A DNA stretch of 63,907 nucleotides, filler included, from Bigelowiella natans CCMP2755 (taxonomy: Eukaryota > Protista > Cercozoa): the NCBI GenBank assembly GCA_000320545.1. It is 4 parts of 4 records of this genome, joined end to end, with 100 filler letters (N's around TTAATTAATTAA, not from the genome) between each part and the next. Parts side by side here need not be neighbours in the genome. Positions count along the whole stretch, not along the records: positions 31,152 to 52,595 come from ADNK01000814.1; 3 more parts are not named here. One strand, 5' to 3'. Shown piece by piece: positions 35,530 to 48,974 of the stretch. The translations under genes and the position numbers were made by a program. The first letter of the stretch is position 1. Every line of letters begins with the position of its first letter. The notes beneath the pieces are model-generated. The model had not been told where the DNA came from, searched no databases, and saw only the letters and a list, made by a program, of their open reading frames with translations.

Positions 35530-36520
35530 CATCTCGCTGTTCAACACAAGGCTGCCGCATCCGACACCATTCGTCTATCAAGAGCACTTTCGTTCATAAG
35601 AGCGCTTATATATGACGAGTAACAACTTAACATACGTAATAGAATAAAATAAAAGATAGGCCCGTCTAGCTGTGCGCGTCTAGCAAGCAGCGAATAACAT
35701 ATAGCGATGCTTGTGACTTACAACTTGAACATGTTTCCTAGAAATTGCAAGCCGCCATGCTAGCAGATGTCGTCTGTGCTTCGCATTGTTCACGTTAGCT
35801 AGTTCAGAGTATATAGCCTATTATGGCTATAGAGCGTACCGGGTCAAAAGCACAGGGATATGTGTGAGTAAAAATACACATAAATAACATGTATTGCAAA
35901 GAACATGTGTACCAAACTACATATGTTCGTACGTGCGTACGCTATATAGCCCATAATAGCTATAGAAGGCTAGCTAGCTGTGCTAGATTATGGCATCTAG
36001 TTGTGTGGGAGCATTAACGAATCGCAGCAAGGCCTAACTAATAGAGGCCGTTGTCGGCCACTGGCCATGCTAATGTGTTTCGATACAATTCAGAGCAACA
36101 CAGCTAAACAGGCATGATTGACAACTTTCGCATTCACAGCAATGCTAGAATGCATGCTGGAATGTGTGATCTACATCCACTAGCTAGCTAGACCACAGAT
36201 CTGAGATCTAAGCTGTGTGCTTGTGTGGCTGCGCATGACATATGGCGACTGATATCAGTGCTAGATTCCATGTGTGTAATGAACTAGTCTAGCAGTGTAG
36301 ATGCGATGCTAGCATGCATGCACCACACATGTAGAATGTCCCTATAGCATGCTAGCATGCACTATAGTGCAACATGCTAGCATGCGGTATGAACTAGTGA
36401 ATGGACACTTGCAATTTTGGGGTGCATCTTAAGTCTGGGAATGGCTGCCGACCATACCATTCTAGCATTGCCTTACTAGCATCTACCACGCAGCAATCAT
36501 CCAACATCACTTTCCCGCAC
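35530..36520. promoter_or_regulatory. CTAG-motif island between convergent genes (densest example)
   Basis: Many TGCTAGCA, TCTAGCA and GCTAGAT motifs, e.g. CATGCTAGCATG at 36348 and 36373, CAATGCTAGAATG at 36140 and CATTCTAGCATTG at 36458. Function is inferred only. Confidence 0.5.
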
Positions 36521-36523
36521 CAG

Positions 36524-37424
36524 TCATTTCACACCCCACAGGTTTCTCGTGCTCACTTTCACCCTGCTGGAATTTACGAAGATGTTAGCAAATGTATCCT
36601 GCTTCTTGCAACCTCTGGCCGGTGATTTTATTTTACCATTCCTCAGAGATGGAGGAGAAATTGCATTGCTATGTTTCCCGCCCGACAATGCGGCATCTTT
36701 ATGAACATCGGCGAAAAAATGATCAATTTCCTTAGAAGTATCCGTCTCTCCCTTGAAAGAATCAACCGCAGATTCAACCTCCTTGGCTATTGAATTTCGA
36801 TGTACCCTCTTTCGGCTTTCAACCTGAATATAATCCAGGAATTATTTCATAGCAAGTATCCGTGATCATCCGCATAGCTGCTGTCATGCTGAACGAGGGA
36901 GGAAATCACACAAAAAGAACCACAATCGGTAGCCAGCTCTTTGGTATTTGTTCTTACCCGCTCTACTTGATCACTTAATTTCTTGTCATGCTCGTTCTTC
37001 ACCATATAATCACGCAATTCTGCAATAGCTTCTTTGGCGAGTTTCGGCTTCCAGAGCATGTCGTTTGCCAACCCCGCGAAGATATGATCTACATTTTCCA
37101 ACCCCTTCACTGTGTCGTCGATTGCCAATTTCCACCTCACCTGATGGATAGTCCAAATTACCTTTGGAATAGATCAGAATGCTCTACTGTAATTTCACCT
37201 TGTCAGCGGTCGTTTCTGCGACAAGACCAAGCTTGTGGTTTCCGTAAAGCAGCAGATTAAGCTCACGCCCAGGCCCATCTATTACGCCCTTTATAGACTC
37301 TATGAGAATCACACCCTGCGGTGTGTAACCATGTTTCATATCGCTCTCGCTTTTGTAGTAGTTAAGGGTACGTGTTTTTGGCGACAGCTCGAAGTGCCTA
37401 TATAAGTTTGGCCACGACAACATG

Positions 37425-37463
<39 letters not shown>

Positions 37464-37794
37464 GCCAATGACGTCTATATATTTATAAAAGGTATACGTG
37501 GATATAAATACAACCCAAGCACTAACACATATGAGTATGAAACTCGAATATATCTCGCTAATCAAACTAATTGATGGACCACCATTTTTCCCCAGACTCA
37601 TACAGCTTAGTTTCGGGGTGTTCGTTGAAGATGAATTCCCCTATTAGATTCAAGTCCGCTGCGTCCTTCAACGGAATGATGCCCTCAGGCCATTTAAATT
37701 TTTGTCTCGGATTCTTTATGAATGTCACTTTCCGGTGCCGAACATCACGATTGGAGGACCATTTATCTTCCGACGCGCTACTGCACGCGCCCAT
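36524..37794 (-). CDS. PH-domain protein with N-terminal myristoylation/palmitoylation signal
   Basis: Starts MGACSS. PH strands HFELSPKTRTLNYYKSE..PQGVILI and closing helix LVAETTADK|VRWKLAID. Confidence 0.7.
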
Positions 37795-38132
37795 AACACG
37801 AACCGGGAAGATGAGCGAGAGGCGGCGACCTAGATCCACACGGTTACGGATGGCATTCCCACCTCCACAGTTTCAGAGCCACAACGGGGAGGGGCGGCGA
37901 CCTAGGTCTACACGAGTACGCCTCGCAGCTCGCACGGTTTCACAATGGGCGTTTGTGAGTATGCCGGTGACATTAATACTCTGCGACAAAGGACTGTCCT
38001 TGTCGCACTGTTTATACAATGTGGACATATCCTTTAGTTTAGGAATTGTGGTCCCGGCGATGTCGTAGGGTATAAAACAAAGGCTGTTTTTGTACAAAAG
38101 CCAACGATCAGTGGACTTCGTGCCTTCTTTCC

Positions 38133-38537
38133 ATGGCTCCGCCCCTCCCCGGGCTTCATTGGAAAGCCATGAGTAGTAGCCTCAACGCCTTCTCTGGCAA
38201 CGTGTATCAGGCCACGGGGGTCCCAAGCTATCACCTATACGTTGGGATATCTCTTGTAGTGGGGTCGATCCTGACTAGGATGTTTGGCTTCGCGACGTGT
38301 GGGTAGGCGCCAGATGGCCTCTTTCCCCCTCTCTTTCTTATGTGTCTGTGTGTGTTGTTAGGCGATGCTTTACGTTTCTCTACCTCGTGTACATGACGTT
38401 CAAGATTCAAGATGGAGGACCGGAAGGGGAGAAAAAGGAAAAGCTATACTGGTGAATATGCGCTCAGATCATCATCATCATCATCATCATCATCATTATC
38501 ACTGTTTACTCTTTTTGTTGTGCAAGTAACATTCACA

Positions 38538-38601
<64 letters not shown>

Positions 38602-39816
38602 CGCGCACATATTTACGCAAAATTAAACGCAGCAACAAATCACATACTACACAGGTTAAGCTACTGGGCGTTCTACGGCATCTGGACATTGTTCGACTCT
38701 ACCACAGACGTTATCTGCTACTATGCTCGAGAATCCTTGTAAGTTTCGCTCTTTTTAATCCGAGGCATGACTTTGAAATAGTTACAACAGTCATGTGTTT
38801 TCATGTTGGTTTTGTCCGTCACATCGAAGCATGTCCCAGTGGCACAGAAAATAGTATGTTTTTCCATTAATCGGGATGATTGTTTTCGAATCCCTTCGTT
38901 GTATCAGGGTACCATGGATTGACGGGATAAAGCTGTTGTTTCTCGCGTGGTGTCTGCTCCCCCAAACCAGGGTAGCTATCACGTCACTCACATGCTAACT
39001 GAAAATAGAGGATGAAAAACAAGCATTACCCAGGATGCGCGGTGCAGGCTCAGAAGAGCGACTCACCTGTGGTTGTTTGCTTCGCAGAGCAGATCATTTT
39101 CACACACTCGCTAGTTTGTTACGTGCACCGATGCTAACGGATATGCATCGCCACTGTTTGTGCACAAATAAAGGGGGCGCAACAAATCTACTTCCTCGTT
39201 ATACACAGTGGCCTCCAGAAATACGAGGCGAGAATCGATGCCTTTTTAGGGAAATTGCGCAATCTGCTGTGGCAGGTGCTTTGTGGTGGATCCACGTTAT
39301 TACTGTGGCCGTGCTTCCTCGCTAATGATTTCTCCTGTTTTGCTTGCAGGTTATGAAAGAACTAGGGCGCCTTGGGCTAGAATGGACGCTTGAAGTTCTT
39401 TCATCTATGGTATGTCTATTTTTCCAAAATTGAAGGACATCCATTTTCATATGTGATACGATGATGTAGCTGCAGCGACTTCCCCATCCATGTCGCCGAG
39501 CTTCGATTCACCGATTTTTGGGGAGATACATGCTCGAACCTGTTACCCAAACACACCCTTCTCGTTTTCAACGAGGCCCCCAAAGAACATTAATGCCGGT
39601 TAGAGAGGAGAGTCGCCATGAGCATGCAACGAACTTGTTTCCTTCAACGATAACTATCATCACTAGGGAGTCAACGGCTACCAATGGGCAGCTCAAATGC
39701 TGGGCGGTTTGCTAGCTTCTGGCGCTTCTTCCGCGCCAGCGGCCTCTTCGGCCGCTCCGGATGTGTTATCGTCTTCGTCCCCAAATTATCATCATGCAGA
39801 GGGAAAGGAGGAGTAG
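38133..39816 (+). CDS. TB2/DP1/HVA22 (REEP/Yop1) family ER-shaping protein
   Basis: Spliced translation FLYLVYMTFK...KLYWLSYWAFYG...WVPWIDGIKLLFLAWCLLPQTRGAQQIY matches the HVA22 signature. The 3' end is approximate. Confidence 0.8.
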
Positions 39817-40205
39817 GGCTGCCTGTATAGAATTAGACGTCCATAGTATTCATGACAAGGACTGCCCCCTCACCATTAGCGAAGTTATCCTTTGGAAGTA
39901 GCTACGCGTAATAAAAAAATGAAGCACAACAAGAATAGAAAGGTATCGATGTGGTTTAAGTCGTGCACATATGTTGTGCACAACGCCGGAATCGCCGGCA
40001 GCTGCAACTTATCACCATCGAGGCAGAGCAAGTTTATTATTGAGGATATGAATTTACTAAGCTGGAAGATTACGCGCATGTAGCACATTTCTCCATGGTG
40101 TAGCACAGACCTCGTACTTGGTTACAATGTCCATGTACATAACTAGATATTTTAAAATTCTCTCCATGTAGCGCATGTGTACATGGCTACGATAGCAAAG
40201 CACAC

Positions 40206-40258
<53 letters not shown>

Positions 40259-40928
40259 GGGGAGAGAGGCGTCGTGTCGGTGTCCGCTTCGGATTGTATA
40301 AGCGCATCTAGGCATGCGTGCTCGGGACTGTGACAAGCCACATGGCATGGATTTGGATACCGTGTTTGCATCATCACTAAACAGCTACTATTCGCTGTGA
40401 CCTCTTGTATATATCCCCCTACTAGACATAATAAGTGCTGCGACGTCGAGTGCCTGCTAGCCTGCAATAATATATGTGCTGATGATTATGCTGTGATATG
40501 CCACGTGGCAAGGCCATGTTCAAATTAGTAAAACAATAATGCACAGAATGAGGCGACCTAGCTAATGCGAGCTACTTGTCAGCGCTCGTCGTAAATTACA
40601 GCGGGTCAGCGCAAAATTTTCACAACATCTAGCGCAATGCTTTTAGCCTAGACATAATCTAGATAATACTACGTGCCACCGTATAATAATAATGTGTAAG
40701 CAATGGTAATGCTGCTTGTTAGGCCAAGGTTTCTCCCTACGATGCAATACATATAAACTTAAATGTGCAAAGCTACACGGCGGCACTGACTCGCGATTGA
40801 GCATCCAGTCTAGCTGGTCACTGATGAGCTATAACACTCCAACGCAGCATCCAAAAGAAGCAACCAAAGTCAGGTCGCACCACACCCTTGATGTCCTGAA
40901 GACCGATAAACTTGCTCAATGCTCGTGA

Positions 40929-41369
40929 TTATAAACTCGCCAGCAATTCGTCCATCATCGTTACTCCTTCCTGCAGGAAATCACGCACCGTGGAAACATC
41001 CAAAAGACCACACAATGATCAGCAAAACAACTCAAAACTATCATCGTTTCCATTAAGACATTGAATTTTTGACGCAATCTCTCTCTAAATTGCTGTCTGT
41101 CGTACAGACCATCGGGATCGTGTGGGCTCCATCGAACTCGAAGAAATCCACATCACAGCCCGCATTGCTCAGAGCTTTGCTCAGCATCTATCAATGAGGG
41201 AGGAGGGAAAGAGGGGGAAGAAGTAGAGGGACTTTAGTTGTTCCGTTGCTTTGGGTATAGAGGCTTCTGAATGCATCGTATGTTTCATTGCGAGGAAAAA
41301 ACCGACCTGTCCTTGCATCAGGGGTAGCACAAAATCCTGAGAGGAGAGGGTAAAGTGAGTGTCAGCAGT

Positions 41370-41410
<41 letters not shown>

Positions 41411-41532
41411 CAACTTACACATCTCGGCTAAAATTCTTGATAATGCTGCACAAGCGCAGCCAGACAGTTTCTACGCTCAATAAACTCTCGTTATGGACGT
41501 TGCATCTCCCCGTTTGCTGCCTCCTCCTCCTC

Positions 41533-41575
<43 letters not shown>

Positions 41576-43043
41576 GTAGTCGCCAATAGGTGTGTTTAGC
41601 ATGTACCTGCCTCCCGTGCGTTTGAATGACTTTCAATCCCTTTCTTTCCTTTGCCTATTCAACAAATGAGCGGATAAGAATAATTAGGCTGGGGGGGGAA
41701 GAAGGAATGGCCATCACGGTGGCCCACACCGCGATGTGATATGAGCGAGATGCAAGCGAAAAGAAGCCAGCCTTCTCGATGGGAAAGGAAGAAGGGGGGA
41801 GGGGGGGGGTCTACTTTCCGGTCAGTGAAATTGGAGACACACCTTTTCTACCCACTCTTCACGATAGAGCGCGCTCGAGAATATGCAGAGGGCCTCTGAA
41901 AAAGGATGGGTGGTTTGGGTGAGGAGGGAGGAGGGAGGATGGTGCTTTTGTACTGTAGGATCAATGAGCGATCGCGGCTAGCAAAAGGCATTGGCTTTTC
42001 CGATATAGTAGTTGTTGTTTTTGTTGTCAATGTTAGCCACTACAAAGACCCTCCCGCCCCCCTTCCTCTCAGTTTCCCTCTCCCATTCTTACTTGGGCAT
42101 TCCTTCGCTGTGAGAGCGAGCTCGGTCGCTAACCACGAGCCTGGAGAAGGGAGTTCAGAGTCACAACCCGAGGCAGCAGGCAGGCGATGATGCAGATACA
42201 GAGTAAGGCAAGTGCCGATATATGGGGAAGGAAAAAAGACAGATGGCCTCCTCAAGTTGAACTCTGGGAGCAGACGAGTTTTCATAGCAGTTGTGACTAG
42301 CGGCGCTGCTGCCACCACTTGCTTTTCAACTTCAAAGTTAGGAGAAAAGTATAGGTTTTGATAGATTTTTTTGATTGATTTATAGTAGTGCCGGCATTCG
42401 ATAGTAATGTGCAGAGAAAGGCCAGCTGCCTCTGGCTCTCCCCTTCAGCAATGGCGATCACCTTGGCTGAACCCGCAGTACACAACCTGTGCAAGGAGGT
42501 GGTCATTCTCTTAGGTACTACTATTTTGGTGTTTTAAGTGACCTGGGTGATCAATACTGAGTGCGTGTTTAGTAGATGCGGCGTGTGTCTGCGTGCATTG
42601 ATATGTTGTCTCTGTTCTTCAAAGTGTCACCTTAGAAAGATCGAGGGAGAACCGCTTGGCCTCGGCCTCTATCACATCTTTTTTAGATAATAGATCAGTA
42701 CCATCATCATCAAAGATATAGCGCGGTGCGAGCGGACGCGAATGAGGAAAATCTCGAACACAAGTGGGCTCGACGGAGCAAAGCTACTTACTTTTGACAA
42801 GCGACACGGTACTTCCCATTTCATTCGGCTTGTTCCCCTTGAAAAGATCTATTGACAATCACAAATATCAGGAACTCCTCAGCTCTTTCGTTTGCTCAGA
42901 AAAGCGTTACAGCAATCCTAAATGACTGTAGCTTACTCACTTTCCACACCGACTGTGAACACTTTCTGAAGGAGTCCTGGGAGATCCAGCGGCCACCAGG
43001 CGTAGCTGGGAATGATAACCGTTCACCAGAAACGAAAAAAAAG

Positions 43044-43091
<48 letters not shown>

Positions 43092-43970
43092 ATAATTCAT
43101 AGTGGTTGAGATTCACGGTCTTTCGACTGCTCGATTCATTAAAACGAGTGAAACGAAGAGGCACCTTCCGGACCCCATTTCGTTGGGAGCATTGAGGCAT
43201 ACGAACCTCACTTTCTTCGACCCGCTCTTCTTCTGTGCGGTTGGATGTCCAGGGGGGGAGGAGACGCAAAACGTCAATTATCACACATAAGGCAGTCATG
43301 CATTTCCGGTCAATATCTGGTGCACCTGAGCGAGCGCTTCTTGTATACTTGCCAGATTTTCCGCGTTTGCCCCGAACCCATGGAAGACGAACACCTAAAC
43401 GGCCCGCGGTGAGTCAGGGGGGAGGGAGCGGCGAGAGGGCGAGAGGATGTAAGCAGCTCTGGTGAGTGCTTTCACGGTCTATGCAAGGCGGTGTTGAGTA
43501 ATCTAAATTTACCAGAAGTTCTGGTTTCTCATGGGTCTGGAGACAGTAGGCCTCGAGCCCGCCAACGGTCTCTTGGTACTGTTTGTTGATGGGAACCGGC
43601 TTGCTCTTCTGCTCCTCCTTCGCCTACACGTGATGTGCAACACTCTAAATCAGCTAATTTTTATTTTTAAAACTCAGGACAAGTTATGCGTAGCAGTCGA
43701 ACAAGAAAATCGTCGGCGAAGGTTCGTGCGATGAGCACTCTGAATGCGCGCGTAACCCAGGATGTGACAACGCCGACTGCAAGACCTTAAGAATCTTGTC
43801 AATGAGGTCTTTCTTCTCGAGGCAGCCTGCAGGCGAAATTCTCATCGCCTTCATCACTGCTTTGAGCTCCCCGATGCTCTTGGACGAGAGATCCTCGGAC
43901 TGAAAAATTGTGTGAAATAACATTGTTTCCTCAGACTATTCAGCTCACACGAGAGGCTGGGCGTCACCAT
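40929..43970 (-). CDS. Phospholipase/carboxylesterase (acyl-protein thioesterase-like alpha/beta hydrolase) with an N-terminal helical GCLEK module
   Basis: VVYCGFSQG (~42460-42485), VIQTHGRQ|DFVLP and FEFDGAHTI give the Ser-Asp-His triad. N-terminal SIGELKAVMKAMRISPAGCLEKKDL. Confidence 0.75.
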
Positions 43971-44432
43971 TGCAGGTCGTCGTGAGTCGTCTTCTGGAAA
44001 TTTGTCAGGTATTTTAGATAAATACAGGCTATTTTACCCTTATTCTTGCCATCTAATTCGTATTCTTAGTAAAAGGGCCCAGCCTCTGTACTTGGGCTAC
44101 GGTTCAAATTTCCATGGAATTTTATCCCTACGACAACCTATTAAACCTTAAGCATCGGGAAACTTCCCATTCGTGCACTCTTGAGGGTCGCGATGTGCGA
44201 GGAACATCATACTTTTTCCTGCCCAAATTCATTGGTCTTCGGCTGGCAATCTCCCGACATTTTAACGGGATGGAGATACCGATCGTTTTCCTAATGCGAC
44301 ATAGATTTCGATCATTTTAAGATAAAATTACTTGTGGTTTTTGCACCTCCTCACCACTTCTCCATTCTTCCCGGAATGGTGGCTGAAGAGGGCTCTGCTG
44401 TTTCTACTTTCGTCGCTGCTATTACACCACGC

Positions 44433-45470
44433 ATGAGGCGGTATAACGGAAGCATGTCCAGAGCAAGAACAACTGACCATCCATCGCAAGTTGTCCTGGC
44501 CATTGCTATATGCGCTGTGCTCCTCTTCTCTGTGGTGGCTGTTTCTCGCGTGCCCGCTCACACGCTTGGTCGAGCTTCTGCACTCCGCCCACAAGGTTTA
44601 TAGCAGTCCAAAGAGTAACTGGAATCATGCTTGGTTTTCTAAATTCAATCCCACGATATGTGGCTGTTTCATGTTGCAGCGTTGTGTCTACAGCTTCCAC
44701 AACTTGCCTTGTCTAAGCTTTTGATGTTCTGCGGATTAGTGTCTGGAATGCTCACCTCTGCGAGAATAGCTCCATGCGCCCGAAGGTCGGTATTGTTGTC
44801 TACTATCGCATAGAAAATACCCGTGTAAAGGTTATTCCAGCTCTTCTTCTCACTGTGCCTGCAAACTGTAGGAGGCCTGATCTCAGGAAGACGTCCTCTG
44901 TGTTGGGAGTGAACGTGGCTATGTTCCAGTGCAACCCGAAGATAAAAGGCGAAAAGATGACCTTCGGTTGGGTCGACAAGGAGTACCTCGATCAGAGCAT
45001 CGCGAACATTGAAGAAGGTATCCATCACTTCGGGGAGAGCCCTTTCCTTGTATTTGCTCAGAGTAGTGTGAATGTGGTGCGTCATCAGGAAGCACAGATC
45101 ACTTGATCCTGGACATCCGGGAGCCGCACGAGCTCGATTACGGTAAGCCACAACACGAAGAATGGTGAAATCGTCTTCACGAACAATGAAGGCGGACGAA
45201 TTGATATGCGTCCGTTCCACAAGGTCGTTGCGTTATTCTTATTTCTTCTCACTCTCTCTTGATATGTGAAGGCACCATTCCGTATTCAATGAATGTGCCG
45301 GCAAGCGAGCTTGAAACGGCTCTCGACCTCTCCCCAAAGGTATTGTAAGAATTTGTGTCACTGTGTTGCTGCTGTCGGCCGTTGTCCTCTCCATCGTCTC
45401 ATCGTTTGATTCCCTCACTGCTCGGTGACAATCACGACTAATTCCATCTGCTGTTTTTCGTCTATTTCGA

Positions 45471-45514
<44 letters not shown>

Positions 45515-45764
45515 TGTGTAATGTCTATAAATTTGTTGTCCTTTCAAGGACTGGGAAATGCGATACGGGTTTCCGAAGCCAAAGCCGGACGATGAGATCA
45601 TCGTGTATGGAGAACCACGGCCTGGCAGTCAATACGATCCCGAGATTCAGCAGCGCCTCATCAGCATCGCATCTATGCTCGCCAACGAGTACGGCTACAA
45701 GCTGGTGCAACGGTATAGCCAGTCGTTCTTCAACTACTTCAACGATCCAAACATGATTTACTAA
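44433..45764 (+). CDS. Rhodanese-like single-domain protein with a bipartite (signal plus transit) targeting leader
   Basis: Spliced LILDIREPHELDY|GTIPYSMNVPASELETALDLSPK|DWEMRYGFPKPKPDDEIIVYG. Leader has a hydrophobic stretch VVLAIAICAVLLFSVVAV followed by an R/A/S-rich region. Confidence 0.75.
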
Positions 45765-46672
45765 TCGATGATGATCGATGGTAAATGTACGCGGCGAAAA
45801 GAAGTTAGCATTCAATGCACACATTTGAATTAATTAATGACGACGGACATCCATCCATAGCTGCAAAGAATCTTTCAAGTTTCTCCAAGGTCTCCAGCAA
45901 GTGTAACTTAAAATGCGAAGAATCGACGACGCGTGCATCAGCGTATCATGAAATTGTATAGCTATATGTGTATGCCCCTAATTGACATATTTCTGAATAA
46001 AACAATAATTATTTGGCTCGACCTTGGTGCTGCGATCTTATACGACCTATCATCAAGAGATTCATTTGAAGTAAAAGAACCGACAGTTCATACGTTGCTG
46101 CCTGTTTACCGCTGGCGCAAGCCTGTCCACATGCAAGGTGAAATTCAAGCACAGCAGTGGACTCAATGCATAGTCCTAGCCATAGATATATGCGGTATAT
46201 GACCATAAACGGTGAATAAATGTTAAGAGCGCACTGAGATCGTGGGCGGACATAGCTAGCTAGCTAGGTAACATCACCAGAACTTGTTAATATACATACA
46301 GTGTAACACGATATGAGTCGCGTCGACTGCAGCATGCATATATACACACATGTAGCGCGGCACAGGCGAAATGCGTTCGAGGGCTGGGTGTTTGCATCCT
46401 CGAATTTGATAACAGTATGTAACGTGGGTATATATGGCTATAGGCATGTGTGTAGCATGCGTATGTAATGTAATGTTTTAACAAATAGACAACATTTTTG
46501 CATGTATGCTAAAAGTTATGTGCTATTTATAGCATCTGAATACTGTATGTGACTTTATGATGCCTGCTCTATATGAGTATGGCGCTAGCATACTCTCGTA
46601 TCTATATTGCGTTATGGTATTTGTTTTCAGATCCAAAATTTCGAAATGCAAAATTTTGTTTGCAACAATGAT

Positions 46673-47496
46673 CTATCGGCCTGATATGCTACCAGGCACC
46701 CCGTGTTGTTTCTCGAGCACGAATAGGGCAGAATTGAATGGCCCACCAGTAACAGACATTGATCCAAGGCCTAGGTACATGCCAGGTCTGACCATGCGTA
46801 ATTCATCGCGCATACCACACCATGGAAAAGAATTCTTACTTCGACCGTCGCTATAATCTAAGAGAAAACATGGACGCCTATCGATTCTGCTGTTAGCTTG
46901 GCGGACGCAAAAATCTCTTGCATGCACCATGTTGCCCCGCCTGCTTTCGCTGGTTGCGGTCAGCGCTGTGAGTGGTTTGAAGACATTTTGACCCTCTCCG
47001 GAGCTCTCAATGAATTTTCCGAGCCAAAGATTGCAGTTGCGTGGAGGGAACAGATTGTGTGTGATAAAACTTGAGGTTTGATGGAGCGGTCCAGTCTTCA
47101 TCAGCGTTCCACGATAGTAAGCCCTAAAGTAAATAAAATGCACGCGATTTTGTGATTTCGCTGTCGCGTTCGAATTTAGAAATAGCTTCCCCATTCACGC
47201 CATGGACCCCATACATTTCTGTATTACTATCACCCGTCGTCATTGAGCAGAGTTCCGGCCGGAAGGTTGTGCCAGAGTCTTATTAAACCGCTTCGTCCGA
47301 GGCTGCAATGGCAGAAAGGCAGAAACGTGTGAATTTATCATGCTTTTGATGGGTTCATGCCTTCCAGTTTTTTTTTTTAGTTTAAACTTTTCCAATTGAA
47401 ACCTTTCCAACGACTCTGGGGTAGCTTGCTGTAAATCAATATCTGCAAGATTAGTGAAGACTTAGGCCGTGGGAGCACTCGCGCCTGTTCTATCAT
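46673..47496 (-). CDS. Conserved hypothetical protein (WxGK / LDY / RDELR..PG.YLG pattern)
   Basis: LIRLWHNLP..., YRGTL, WLGKF..GEGQNVF, SRIDRRPCFLLDYS and MRDELRMVRPGMYLG. From memory this resembles a family shared by bacteria and algae (not verified). Short GT-AG introns at the 5' end. Confidence 0.55.
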
Positions 47497-47624
47497 AGCA
47501 AGACGAACCAGCTGTTGAAGTTTTCGCGATAAGAAGGGGGTACAAGCCCTGCGCTACGTTGACGAAGATCAGAGTCGTCAAGAGCGTCAGAAACGCTGTG
47601 GCTACGGAGCCGGCCACGACTCCC

Positions 47625-48927
47625 ATGGGTTAGCAGGAGACGACGTGCTGCAACGGGTGCTCCATTCCGTAGCAGGCTTGGGTGACCTGAGGGACGATTT
47701 TCAGACACAAGACCCGAAGATTTCTGTTGTGTTTTTCCCCGAAAACATCCTATGATTTGTGGTCTGCGACAACGGTCTTTCTTGTCGCAGGACCAAAAAT
47801 CAGAGGGATTACTTCGCTGAAGAAGATCGATCAACCCGAGCTGATTGCGTTTCCCGTCGTCGGCTCGAATGGAGCCGGAGACTGTGCTCCTCTGCATCGA
47901 TGCCGTGGTGAGAGTATCCTCCCCTTTTGTGAACGCGTCCGTCCTTATCTGATCTGAGTGCGATCCTAAGGGGAGCTCGCGACGACAAGGAGAATCATGG
48001 TCGAAATGTAGGAAGCGGCGGCCTGACGATGGTAGCACCGTCCTGTCGAGGTTGTTCACAGCTTATAATATGATGGATGGCGCATCCTTTCAAGATATGA
48101 TGATCGATCATCTTGGCGATTCGCACGTATTATTGCAACTTAAACTTAGGATGAAGGTGGGACTGCGCGTTTTTGCGGAATCCAAGCTCAAAGTACTACC
48201 GACAGAAGGCTCCTGAGGGAGAAATTAATCTTGCCACATTTCCCAACCCCCCAGCGAGAAGTCACTCACTTGAATTAACCCACCCAACAATTGCATACTA
48301 CTGTGCAGATCGCACCTGCGACTAGAATCGGAGTGATTGTTGTAGAATCCGACGCCGCTCGGTGGAGCATGCTGCCGAAGGTCTTAAATTCATCAGAGGA
48401 CCTCGTGGCACATGTGAGCCATACGCTCTCCAGTTCTACTCGCACAGACACGGAGGAAACTGGTCAGTTTCTAGAACTGAGAGCCTATTATTCTACTAAT
48501 TTCCATCCTTGTTCTCACTCTAATGAGCCTCCCATCGCAACGATTCGTGTTTCAGGAAGTATAGATGTCATGCCCCTGCTTAAACTGGTAGGACCGCTTT
48601 TGGAGAAGGGAAAGAAGGTGCGATCATGCCGCTGTTTCATTCGTCATTGGAAAGTGAACTTATGAAACTTATGTAGTTCGTGAATGTCGTTTTATTCTGG
48701 AGCCGTGACCTCGCCCCATCCCTGAGGGACGATGAGGATGACCTTCCTCGCTTGCGCTGGGCTCAGAAAATGATAGCGCACAAGAATTTAGGATTCGATG
48801 CGGTAATGAAATCCAATGCGTGAAAGACGTATATCTTCCTTCGTTTTTGACAGGGCACTAACACAGGTCTACTTTCACGGGGATGATCTGAAAGTTGCCC
48901 AGACTGTTTTGAATGGTCGATATATGT

Positions 48928-48974
<47 letters not shown>

